DNA of 64,000 nt from a virus, in IMG/VR virus record IMGVR_UViG_3300025875_000003, positions 1 to 64,000 of that record; one strand, given 5' to 3'. Position 1 is the stretch's first letter. Each line of letters opens with the position of its first letter. Shown here one piece after another: positions 55,326 through 64,000 of the stretch. A program made the translations under genes and the position numbers. The notes below the pieces were generated by a model. That model saw nothing but the letters and a program-made list of their open reading frames with translations, did no database searches and had not been told where the DNA came from.

Positions 55326-55398
55326 GCCCCCTTAGCCCAACGGCAGAGGCGTCCGACTCAAAATCGGTACAGTGTGGGTTCGAATCCCACAGGGGGTA
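55326..55398 (+). tRNA. tRNA-Leu(CAA), short variable loop, CCA not encoded
   Basis: acceptor GCCCCCT/AGGGGGT, anticodon loop CTCAAAA, T-loop GTTCGAATC. Confidence 0.9.
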
Positions 55399-55406
55399 CC
55401 TCACCC

Positions 55407-55468
55407 AGCACCTTCTGGTCGATAGTGTGTAAAGAGAGCCACACATCGACTAGGAAGGTGCTTTTTTT
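55407..55468 (+). terminator. long hairpin plus T7 terminator overlapping the next RBS
   Basis: AGCACCTTC...GTCGAT / ATCGAC...GAAGGTGCT then TTTTTTT. Confidence 0.75.
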
Positions 55469-55867
55469 ATGGCTAACGCCACCCTTCCGCAAAACTTCAC
55501 GCTTGATCTCTATCGCGGCGATGACTATGTTGTTGCTTTTGTTTACGGAGTCCGTGAAGCAGATACTAATGTATCTATGATTACCTCTACCGAGGGGTGG
55601 ACAGCGCGGGCTCAGATTAGGTCTGACTACGGCAGAGATCTTTGGATTGATTTGACCGAAGAAAATGGTCTCCGTCTTGAAGTCATTGATGGAAATCTAG
55701 TTGTTTACATGCATATTTCTGCCTCGGCCACATCCGGCGTGGAGTGGAATCGCAGAGACTGGGGTGTGTGGGATCTTGAAATAGTTGATCCCACTGGTAT
55801 GAGAACAACAATCTTTGCTGGAGAAGTGAATATTAATGCTGATGTGACTCAGGAGGTCTTCTCGTGA
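55469..55867 (+). CDS. virion tail-associated protein (BppU/LtfC-like)
   Basis: LYRGDDY...GWTARAQIR...WDLEIVDP pattern. Confidence 0.65.
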   Translation: MANATLPQNFTLDLYRGDDYVVAFVYGVREADTNVSMITSTEGWTARAQIRSDYGRDLWIDLTEENGLRLEVIDGNLVVYMHISASATSGVEWNRRDWGVWDLEIVDPTGMRTTIFAGEVNINADVTQEVFS

Positions 55868-56118
55868 ATATCGAGCATGCTTCCGTAAGCACTCCTCTAG
55901 TACGTGTGGTCGGAGTTACTAAGGTTGTGGGGCCAACCGGTCCTGCTGGTCCACAAGGTGATGCAGGAGATCCCGAGCATGTGGGGGCTGCTGTTACCGC
56001 GTATATGCAGGAACATTCTGATGCTGTTCTTGCTCCTCATGTGAATGATCCGGAACCCCACCCTGCGTATGACGACATTCCGTCGTTGACCCTACTTTTC
56101 GAGAACGGACTGACCTGA
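55864..56118 (+). CDS. minor tail protein with short collagen-like stretch
   Basis: GPTGPAGPQGDAG; HVNDPEPHPAY. Confidence 0.65.
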   Translation: MNIEHASVSTPLVRVVGVTKVVGPTGPAGPQGDAGDPEHVGAAVTAYMQEHSDAVLAPHVNDPEPHPAYDDIPSLTLLFENGLT

Positions 56119-56119
56119 C

Positions 56120-56926
56120 ATGTCTCTGGCAACTAACGTTCAGAACCTCGCTACTCGTATTGCCACCGAGATCAAGGCAATCCGTACGGCCGAGGGTGAC
56201 CTGACTGCTCTTACCACTACCGCTAAGGCGAACCTTGTAGCGGCCATCAATGAACTGCAGACTGAGGTCAGTGCTGCCGTAGCAGGCAGCGGCAACGCCT
56301 CCATCGATGATGCCAGCACGACAGGTGCCGCTACGTGGTCTTCACAGAAGATTTCAGACACCGTTGCTGCTGCTGTTCAGAGCATCTTGGGAGGCACACC
56401 CCAGGCTGCTTATGACACACTGACTGAGATTGCCGCAGCGATGGCGGCGGACGACACGCAGGCTGCTGATCTGTTGACTCAGATTGGTAACCGCGTTAGG
56501 TTCGACGCCGTGCAGACCCTCACAGCCCCGCAGCAGGCCCAGGCACGCACGAACATTGGTGCAGCGGCACTTGCGGACGTAGCAGCCGCAACAGAGGGCG
56601 CACGAGGCACTGTTGAGTTGGCCACGACGACTGAAGCAACTACCGGTACGGACACTGCTCGTGCAGTTACCCCGGCTGGGTTGAAGGCTGTCGCGGACAC
56701 TAAGGCAGCGACGAGCCACACGCACACCGAACTGGCTCAGGCCACCGAGGCTGCACGCGGAACCTTGGAACTGGCTACGGCTGTTGAAGTAACCGCAGGT
56801 ACAGACGCCGTTCGAGCAATCACGCCTGTCCGCTTGAAGGAACGCACTGATATTCTTGCTACCAAGGCAGACGTAGGCGACACCAACACCAATTTCGTTA
56901 CTACCTTTGAGGCCGGTCTGGCATGA
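56120..56926 (+). CDS. tail fibre protein
   Basis: two ATE.ARGT.ELAT...A.TP..LK fibre repeats; LTTTAKANLVAAINEL. Confidence 0.75.
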   Translation: MSLATNVQNLATRIATEIKAIRTAEGDLTALTTTAKANLVAAINELQTEVSAAVAGSGNASIDDASTTGAATWSSQKISDTVAAAVQSILGGTPQAAYDTLTEIAAAMAADDTQAADLLTQIGNRVRFDAVQTLTAPQQAQARTNIGAAALADVAAATEGARGTVELATTTEATTGTDTARAVTPAGLKAVADTKAATSHTHTELAQATEAARGTLELATAVEVTAGTDAVRAITPVRLKERTDILATKADVGDTNTNFVTTFEAGLA

Positions 56927-59298
56927 GCCTAGCAGAGCAGACAAATAATCTTGCTGCTCGCATCGGGCAGGAAATCAAGGCACTGAGATCGTCCAAGGAT
57001 ACTGTTCTTGGAATCACCCGAGTAAATCTCATTACTCATCCGATCATCACGACTACTCCCGATCAAACGGCGGGCTGGCGTGCGCAGATCCCGGACGCGC
57101 TTACTTTTGTAACTGACGAGGATGGGTTGCCCTCCCTTCAGGCTGCTGAATCTATCGTCAACAACGGTGTTTACCTCGACCCGAATCAAAGTTTTCCGGT
57201 TAAGGTAGGCGACCGTGTGCGGTTTACTGTCATGGTGCGCGCAAGCACGGAATCTCTTGCTTCTTCCATGAGACTGAGAATTGCGGGTTACGGTGGTGCA
57301 GTCGTTACAGGAGGCACTACTGCGCAGGCAGTGACTACCACAGGCTATACGAGATTGTTTGTCAGCGCTGTCGTTACCGAAGCCCCTGTAGGTGCCTACG
57401 TACGTACTCTTGTTTGGCCGTCGTCCACAGTTACCGCAGTAGGAGACTGGGTTCGTATTCGAAAGGCTCTCACTGAAGTGGGGACAGATGTCCCCACTGA
57501 CAACTCTTACTGGGATGTCACCTCACCTGAGACCACCGGATTGTTCTACTTCTGGAACGGTCTACCGGGCGCTTCCTCGTCTACGCGAATTGAACGCACG
57601 CTGGCTTATGATTCTCTAGATAAGTTTACCGGAAGTGGAGTCGCGGCTACTGCATTCGGCGTAACGGCAGACAACTCTACCATGGATGATGCCGCACTAA
57701 TGGTAGCGGCTAACTTGGCTGTTCGTCGCAACGTGCCTTTAATTCTACCCGCCAATCGATCTATTAGACTCAATAGCAGATTCAACTTTCCTGCGAATCT
57801 TCAGATCATCGCTAACAATGCCGAACTTGTCGGGGCATACCAGACCGGAGACTTTGTAGCGTCTATTCAATCGAATACAAGAATTATCGGCCGTCTGAGG
57901 ATTACACCAGCAAACCAGACTAATGTCAGGGGCTTTCTGCTTCTAGACGGATCAGACAGCGTTGCCATCGATGAAATTAGAGTGACCGCGCCGTCCGCAG
58001 GTACGGGTATTGGCGACCCCAACGACGTGGGCTTGTCTATTCGTACGTGCACTAACGTAAACATCGGCCGTGCGGTTGTTCGAAACTTCGATTATGCAAT
58101 GGATATTCGAGGCTCGGACAACGTTTATGCTGATGTTCGAATTAGAGGCTATGTACGTGGTCTCTACGTATCTGACTCTAAGAATGTAGATGTCTCTGGA
58201 ATGATGTACGAGGCATCTCCCAATGCTTCTATTACGGCTGGTCACAATGGAGTCTTGATCGATGCTACGGTTGATGACGGCACGATAAACGTCAACCTCC
58301 ACCGCTTGAAGGTTGCTGACGCGGGAGAACATGGTTTTCGAGTAGGAGGAACTAAGCGAGTTCGAGCGATCCGTTTCATTGCCTGCTCATCCATCAACGT
58401 CGGCGGGTGCGGATTCAAGGTTTTGGGAGGGACTACCGCTGCCCCCTACTATCATGAAGACATCTTTATCACTGATCCCTTTGTGGAGGATGCAGGGCAA
58501 ACACTGCAGAATGCGGCTGGCGTCATGGTGCAGTTCGCCCGACGTGTGCAGATCACTAACCCCGTCATTCGCAAGCGCCTGAAGACCTACTCCGCCGGGT
58601 TTGGCGTGGAATTGCAGGCATGCGAGGATGCCGTAACGGTGAATCCCACAATCAGAGACACCTTGGTTGCTGGATATGCTGTGCAAGGCACCCTGGGAGA
58701 CTCAACCAATGTTTCCCTGAACGGTGGGCACATTACTTCAGCCACCGGCCATGGTGTGGTTCTAGATTACACGGGAAGAACTTTCCGCCGTGTATCGGTA
58801 GAGGGGCACCCTCAGATCGAAATCAGCGGCTCTGGAACCAGCGTATCGATCCAGAACACCAGTGGACAGGGGTCTGTAATTGGTGGTTCCTGGATCACGT
58901 GGCAATCAGTAAGCGCTGCTGATCGACAGGTCAGCGGACTGCTTGCGGGCTGGTTCTGTGATGTCCGTGCGCCGTTCACAGGCACGCCCAACTTCAAGGC
59001 TGGTTCTACATGGCGAGATAACACCACTGGAGAACTTCGTGTCCGGCAGGGTGCAGAAGGTGTCTGGGTCTTGGATGTGCCCGGCGCTGGGGGCGGCAGC
59101 GCTCCAACTTACGACAACATTCCTGCGGGTTCGACCATTACGGTACACAAGAATTCAGACGGCACGTGGCCTGCTAGACCAACTTCGCGGACCGACGTAA
59201 CAGTATTCTGGGCAGGCCCTGCACCCAGTCCGGTGGTTGTCGCATCTGGCACTGGAGGAATGCTAGATAACGTCGATAAGCGTTTGGTGACTCCGTGA
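56923..59298 (+). CDS. tailspike/depolymerase-like receptor-binding protein (beta-helix)
   Basis: N-terminus like the preceding fibre; GVTADNSTMDDAAL start of a pectate-lyase-like region; C-terminal WPARP..V.W.GP motif. Confidence 0.75.
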   Translation: MSLAEQTNNLAARIGQEIKALRSSKDTVLGITRVNLITHPIITTTPDQTAGWRAQIPDALTFVTDEDGLPSLQAAESIVNNGVYLDPNQSFPVKVGDRVRFTVMVRASTESLASSMRLRIAGYGGAVVTGGTTAQAVTTTGYTRLFVSAVVTEAPVGAYVRTLVWPSSTVTAVGDWVRIRKALTEVGTDVPTDNSYWDVTSPETTGLFYFWNGLPGASSSTRIERTLAYDSLDKFTGSGVAATAFGVTADNSTMDDAALMVAANLAVRRNVPLILPANRSIRLNSRFNFPANLQIIANNAELVGAYQTGDFVASIQSNTRIIGRLRITPANQTNVRGFLLLDGSDSVAIDEIRVTAPSAGTGIGDPNDVGLSIRTCTNVNIGRAVVRNFDYAMDIRGSDNVYADVRIRGYVRGLYVSDSKNVDVSGMMYEASPNASITAGHNGVLIDATVDDGTINVNLHRLKVADAGEHGFRVGGTKRVRAIRFIACSSINVGGCGFKVLGGTTAAPYYHEDIFITDPFVEDAGQTLQNAAGVMVQFARRVQITNPVIRKRLKTYSAGFGVELQACEDAVTVNPTIRDTLVAGYAVQGTLGDSTNVSLNGGHITSATGHGVVLDYTGRTFRRVSVEGHPQIEISGSGTSVSIQNTSGQGSVIGGSWITWQSVSAADRQVSGLLAGWFCDVRAPFTGTPNFKAGSTWRDNTTGELRVRQGAEGVWVLDVPGAGGGSAPTYDNIPAGSTITVHKNSDGTWPARPTSRTDVTVFWAGPAPSPVVVASGTGGMLDNVDKRLVTP

Positions 59299-60329
59299 CT
59301 ATCGAAGTCTTTCACGCCATAAATGGCGAACTAAGCAGATATGTAGGTACACCTTCTTCTGAGCCCACGAGCCCAAATCCAACCCCTGCCGCGTTTACTC
59401 TACGCTATACAGAACCTGACTTCAGCAACTCAGGGGTAGGGTTCGACACAGATGCTTTTGGTTTCTTGGTACCTGCTCCTACTGAGGTTCTGGCTGCACC
59501 GTCTAACGGAATCTTGAATGTCGTATCTGGTCAAACTGTACGCGATAAAATCATCAACTGCTACGTTGATATAGAAATCGGCGCATTTTTGATCAACTGC
59601 GAGGTGAGGGGACCTGCCAACCCGACAGTTGCGCGTCCTTTGGTTCGTGTGACAGGCGCAGCCCCCACGGCTGGAGGCCCCCGCGCCAATATTCGATTCT
59701 GCACGGTGAAGCCGCAGACACCATCGGCCTACAACGACGGTATTGGCTACAAGGGCTACCACGCTTTCCGCTGTCTAGTGCAAGACTGTACAGATTCTTT
59801 TGCTGCGTTCTCGACATCAGCAGATGGAATTTGCAATATCCTCATTCAGGGGTGTTTCTCCCCCAACATGGTGCAGTGGCGTCCTGACTATGCTTATCCA
59901 GGGGGTAGACCACATACACACAACGACACTATTCAACTTCAGGGCAACAAGGGCGGTCCAGGCGATATCCTCGTAGAGGGTTCTTCTTTCAACGCCAGAT
60001 TCGTCACCTACGCCGGTACACAGCCCCTAGAAACCCCACCGGTGCAGGTTGCGGCTATTATGATTACACCAAATACTGGAAGCCCTGAACACGGAGCAAG
60101 CGCAACTTTCATATACAATTGGCTCAGAGGCGGCCAACACTGTGTAAATCATGGTGCGACTAACGAACCAGGAAGCATGGTTATTTTCCGGTACAATAGA
60201 TTTGAACGACCAGGCACAGATCCCCGTGCGCCCATTGTGGCTCTTAATCTCTCGGGGGCTGTGGGGTACGAATCTATTGGAAATACGTATATTGACAATG
60301 GCGCAACAGTTTCTGAGTGGGGTGTGTAA
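59295..60329 (+). CDS. second beta-helix-like tail/polysaccharide-binding protein
   Basis: HND.IQ.QG motif, beta-helix-like repeats. Confidence 0.6.
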   Translation: MTIEVFHAINGELSRYVGTPSSEPTSPNPTPAAFTLRYTEPDFSNSGVGFDTDAFGFLVPAPTEVLAAPSNGILNVVSGQTVRDKIINCYVDIEIGAFLINCEVRGPANPTVARPLVRVTGAAPTAGGPRANIRFCTVKPQTPSAYNDGIGYKGYHAFRCLVQDCTDSFAAFSTSADGICNILIQGCFSPNMVQWRPDYAYPGGRPHTHNDTIQLQGNKGGPGDILVEGSSFNARFVTYAGTQPLETPPVQVAAIMITPNTGSPEHGASATFIYNWLRGGQHCVNHGATNEPGSMVIFRYNRFERPGTDPRAPIVALNLSGAVGYESIGNTYIDNGATVSEWGV

Positions 60330-60331
60330 CT

Positions 60332-63300
60332 ATGACTGAGGTCATCAATAGGTTTGCGGGCGCCCCGGGTACTAACATTACGGCGGCGAATTCAGACGAT
60401 GCTGCTGAAGCAGGTAACGCACTGAGTGTGGTCAACCCTTCAGGTACTGCTGCCATCACTTACTCGGATGCCGTGATTAATCCGCTCACGGGCGGAACTG
60501 TCATGAAGATCTCAGCCGATGCTGCGGGAAGCACCCTTGGCGAGGTGCGATTTACGCGCCCAAGCAACACCAAGGGAGCAAGTCAATACTGTTTGAGACT
60601 GACAGGATTTCCTGATGCACTGTCGGTATTTTCGCAAACACGTGGCACTATGCAAAACGCTGACCTTCGTCTTGGGACGGACGGCAGTGCGTCTGGCGTT
60701 ACGGCAGGTGCTACGGGAGCGGGAGGCCCCTCTGGTGCCCTCACTGCAGGCAAGTGGTGGCTCTTCGATGAGTGGATAGAAGAAGGCACTACTACGTCAA
60801 ACGGTAAGAGATCTTGGCGTGTTCGAGAAGTTATCGAAAACAACGGTTCTTTCTCTATCGGGAATGTGCTCTATGAATACACCTCTTCTGCTAGAAATAC
60901 GGGTGTGGTTGGCACTCACGTAATCACAGACTTTCGTATTGGTGACTTCACCACCACGGGAAGTGTCCTACCCACTACGTATTGGGCCTTTTTCCGCGCT
61001 GATGATGGTGCATCTGGTTACCTGTCTGACCCCACATTGTTCACCAGCACGGCCAACACCGCTCCCGTAGCCAATGCTGGCGTAGATCAGTTGAACCTAA
61101 ATCCGTGGGCTAAGAATCCTGTTGTTCTGACGGGTTCTTACACAGATGCAGAAGGCGGCACAGTAAACCATAACTGGACTCAACTAACTGGACCCGCAGT
61201 TACTCTCTCCGGTGTGGGATCAACAGTCACCTTCTCTAGACCCATGATGCTTGATGGTTCGTCCATGACTTTTCAGTACGCGGTCACTGATTCCAACGGA
61301 GCAACAGGCACAGATACGGTCACAGTCTCTGTACAGGCTATTGCAGAGCGTGCTGTGGTCAACGGCATTGAAGTTCCCATGAAACTCATGGATGTCAAGA
61401 AGACACTTCTGGTGCCTGGGTCTGAAATTTTTGCTGACGACTTCAACCGAGCCGACACGGCTGCCGGGATCTTGGGTACTACGTCCACGGGTGGACTTCC
61501 CTGGAGTGGTACAGGTGAGTTGAGTATTAGAAACAATACGGCGAGCGCCGCACTCGCTACCGCAGCGAAGCCTAACTTTATCGATATCGGGCTGTCGGTA
61601 GACTATCGGGTTGAAACGACCCTCGCTACTGTAGGTGCCTCGGTAGCAGAAATGTGGGGCGGCATTGCTGTACACATTTCTGGTGACGACATGATTTGTC
61701 TAGTTACTCGGAGATCTTCGTCCTCGGGCGGGTTGCGCTTTTGGAAGAGAGAGGGCGGCAACGAAAGTGCACTTACGGCAGGTACTGATACAGCACCAGT
61801 TGCTGGTGACAAGATTGCTGTTGAAGTCTTTCGAGATGTAGTTTTTGAAACTGGAGAAGAGATTGAAACAATTGTCGGCTACCACAAGCCCGTAGGGAGC
61901 GACACGTGGCTAGAAGTGGGTCGAGTCATAAATGAGCAGTTCAATCAAAACTCTACCCTCGTAGGGCTTCTTGGTTCCAGTTCTGGTACTGGAATGTCCT
62001 ACGACAACTTCATTGGTCACGAACTGGTAGTCCTGGAGCCTCCTGAGCCAGTTATTGAAGTGCAACAACTTGCAAGCATGGTGCTCGATTCACTTGCTGA
62101 GTCGGCCCCCGTGAGTTCTGTGCCTTTTGGTGTGTCTAGTCTCACACTAAACCAATCGACAGTAACTAGGCAGCCACTTTTCGAAACAATCGAAGGGCGC
62201 AGAGGCCTAACTTTTTCGGGTGGTCAGTGGTTGATCGCTGGAAACAACTCTTTCATGTCCAACCGCATTGGACTAACAGCCTATATCGTAACGAATGTGG
62301 CCGTGGATAATACGGGTACGAGACAACTTCTATCGCTGTCTAACGCAGACTCTCCCGGTAATATCTGGCTGGGCATTCGTTTGATTGACGGCCTTGTATC
62401 TGTAACGGGTCGTCGTGCAAATAACGATAGTCTCCAGACTGTCTCTGGCACAATTGATGTACGCGGCGGCTACCATCACATTGTTGTTGTAATGGATTAT
62501 GCTGCGGGCCGCTGCCGCAGTTTCGTTGACGGCACAGCAGATCTAGATGTCGCTTTTCAGACACCTGGAGTCACTTCTACGGCCACGAGTCGCGCTGTGG
62601 CTATTGGTGCACACAGTTCAGATAGCGGTGGTGGTGCGTTCACAGGACGCATTCTGGCCTGTGACCTCTACAACGGAGCGCACACAAACATTCAGCGTAA
62701 CTACGTAGTTGAGCAACTGATGTCTACGGCCCCGCCGCCCCCAGTAGAACCCGAACCTGATCCCGAGCCTGATCCAGAGCCTGATCCCGAGCCTGATCCA
62801 GAGCCTGATCCCGAGCCTGATCCGGGAACTACTCCCATTTTCACTATCCCGGTGGGTCTGTCAAACGGGCAAGAAGACATTGACACCTACGTACGCTATG
62901 CTCGGGAACACTTCTATCCGGACGGTACTGGCGAGTATTCGCACTTGCCGCCATGGTGGGAATGGAAGACGGGCTGGTGGCTGCCTTCTGGTGCAGGTAC
63001 ACCTGCTTACATCCCCTCTGGGGACCTAATCATTAGAGGTTCGCGTGCTCGCGGTGACACGTCTGCCGTAGATTCCTATACTAGCGGTACTCGTTGCATT
63101 AGACTCCGTTGTCCCATTCCTTTCAAGAATGCGGAGTCTGGACGTTGGAATGAACTTGACCTGTGGCGTGGTGCCATTCTCCAGGGAATGCAGATGGAAA
63201 ATGACTCACTTCTAGGAGACCGCACACAGTATGTCTCTTATAGGTCTCTGGCAGACCTACAAGCAGGAACTGCTGCAAATAACTACCAAGACGGACGAAA

Positions 63301-64000
63301 CCCAATTTCTTGGCCGCATCGCGTGGGTAAGATGTACTACTGGCCGTGGGGTCAAGGTCTTACGGGCGACCAAGACACCATTGACTACCGGGGAACTTCT
63401 ATTACTAGTATTCCTCGCACTGGTCGATTGCATGAGCGATCTATGCTTATTCGTACTACTACTAGCACTACGGGTAAGACCTTCTATGCCGCCGAAGGTA
63501 TGTACTTGAAGGGCGACAACATTGTCGAAGGTCTTAATGTCACAGGATATGAGAACAGCCGTCTAGTCGTCGTTGGATATCGACACGACCGCGCTTCAGT
63601 GTTCTTTCGTCCGACTGAATCAAATATCAACAACTGGGGAAATAAGTGGCCCGGAGGTGATTCAATTCATCTCTTCAACTACTTGAAGGACATTATCCTA
63701 ATCGGCGGATCGTCCGGTACACACTATCAAGGCATCTTCAAGCAGCACGGTGGAGAGTTCTTCTTCGCCCACAACTGGAACATCTTCGATCCTAAGAGTA
63801 CCGATCCAAACAATCCGGATGATCTATCTTACAACGGTGGATCAACCGGACAACAAATTACGATTGGGTCTCGTACCAATTATTACAGCAAGGGCGTTTA
63901 TCTGAAGAACGTAAACACTCGACGCCACGGAGGAGCATCTGTTAACGATCATGGATCATATCCTGAAATCACTGGTCTCGATCTAGGATTCGATTACGTA
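60332..64000 (+). CDS. large multidomain virion/adhesin protein (PKD/Ig-like, LamG-like, PEPD linker); 3'-truncated by the window
   Basis: ATG 60332 with no in-frame stop to 64000 (1223 codons); APVANAGVDQ PKD-like start; YHHIVVV/FVDG LamG-like. Confidence 0.85.
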   Translation, partial: MTEVINRFAGAPGTNITAANSDDAAEAGNALSVVNPSGTAAITYSDAVINPLTGGTVMKISADAAGSTLGEVRFTRPSNTKGASQYCLRLTGFPDALSVFSQTRGTMQNADLRLGTDGSASGVTAGATGAGGPSGALTAGKWWLFDEWIEEGTTTSNGKRSWRVREVIENNGSFSIGNVLYEYTSSARNTGVVGTHVITDFRIGDFTTTGSVLPTTYWAFFRADDGASGYLSDPTLFTSTANTAPVANAGVDQLNLNPWAKNPVVLTGSYTDAEGGTVNHNWTQLTGPAVTLSGVGSTVTFSRPMMLDGSSMTFQYAVTDSNGATGTDTVTVSVQAIAERAVVNGIEVPMKLMDVKKTLLVPGSEIFADDFNRADTAAGILGTTSTGGLPWSGTGELSIRNNTASAALATAAKPNFIDIGLSVDYRVETTLATVGASVAEMWGGIAVHISGDDMICLVTRRSSSSGGLRFWKREGGNESALTAGTDTAPVAGDKIAVEVFRDVVFETGEEIETIVGYHKPVGSDTWLEVGRVINEQFNQNSTLVGLLGSSSGTGMSYDNFIGHELVVLEPPEPVIEVQQLASMVLDSLAESAPVSSVPFGVSSLTLNQSTVTRQPLFETIEGRRGLTFSGGQWLIAGNNSFMSNRIGLTAYIVTNVAVDNTGTRQLLSLSNADSPGNIWLGIRLIDGLVSVTGRRANNDSLQTVSGTIDVRGGYHHIVVVMDYAAGRCRSFVDGTADLDVAFQTPGVTSTATSRAVAIGAHSSDSGGGAFTGRILACDLYNGAHTNIQRNYVVEQLMSTAPPPPVEPEPDPEPDPEPDPEPDPEPDPEPDPGTTPIFTIPVGLSNGQEDIDTYVRYAREHFYPDGTGEYSHLPPWWEWKTGWWLPSGAGTPAYIPSGDLIIRGSRARGDTSAVDSYTSGTRCIRLRCPIPFKNAESGRWNELDLWRGAILQGMQMENDSLLGDRTQYVSYRSLADLQAGTAANNYQDGRNPISWPHRVGKMYYWPWGQGLTGDQDTIDYRGTSITSIPRTGRLHERSMLIRTTTSTTGKTFYAAEGMYLKGDNIVEGLNVTGYENSRLVVVGYRHDRASVFFRPTESNINNWGNKWPGGDSIHLFNYLKDIILIGGSSGTHYQGIFKQHGGEFFFAHNWNIFDPKSTDPNNPDDLSYNGGSTGQQITIGSRTNYYSKGVYLKNVNTRRHGGASVNDHGSYPEITGLDLGFDYV
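62750..62821 (+). repeat. 6 x 12-bp tandem repeat encoding (PEPD)6
   Basis: CCM-GAR-CCT-GAT units. Confidence 0.95.

Noticed and set aside
735-63305. Long minus-strand ORFs in the track (e.g. 6554-8113, 9025-10251, 12657-13778, 17707-19077, 22005-23000)
   Set aside because: They are antisense shadows of + strand genes with GC-biased codons; no SDs or recognisable motifs, and all promoters and RBS linkers point to +

Overview
This window is a 64-kb internal segment of a large tailed dsDNA phage, most likely infecting an Actinomycetota host (inferred from the GC-rich sequence, TANNNT -10 boxes, gene families and tRNA type). Every credible gene is on the + strand. (1) 1-12.6 kb is a replication/recombination block: sigma-70-like factor, clamp-loader delta'- and delta-like subunits, metallophosphoesterase, family A DNA polymerase, gp32-like SSB, endonuclease VII, RuvC-like resolvase and RecA. 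(2) 12.6-55.2 kb is an accessory region of more than 120 mostly tiny genes, split into units by 23 copies of a 30-bp promoter-like repeat (G-TTGCRN-17 bp conserved spacer-TANNNT). It uses two classes of stereotyped RBS linkers and includes a HipA/PI4K-like kinase, a half-Rad50, Mre11, dNMP kinase, dCMP deaminase, HD nucleotidase, metacaspase, oligoribonuclease, nicotinamidase, three small secreted two-Cys proteins, six proteins sharing a W-x-E-G...NPY motif, and a candidate structured RNA. (3) A tRNA-Leu(CAA) and a terminator follow, then virion tail/receptor-binding genes (55.5-64 kb), including a >1,200-codon ORF missing from the supplied track because it runs off the window. All functional calls come from motif recognition by eye; no database searches were run.
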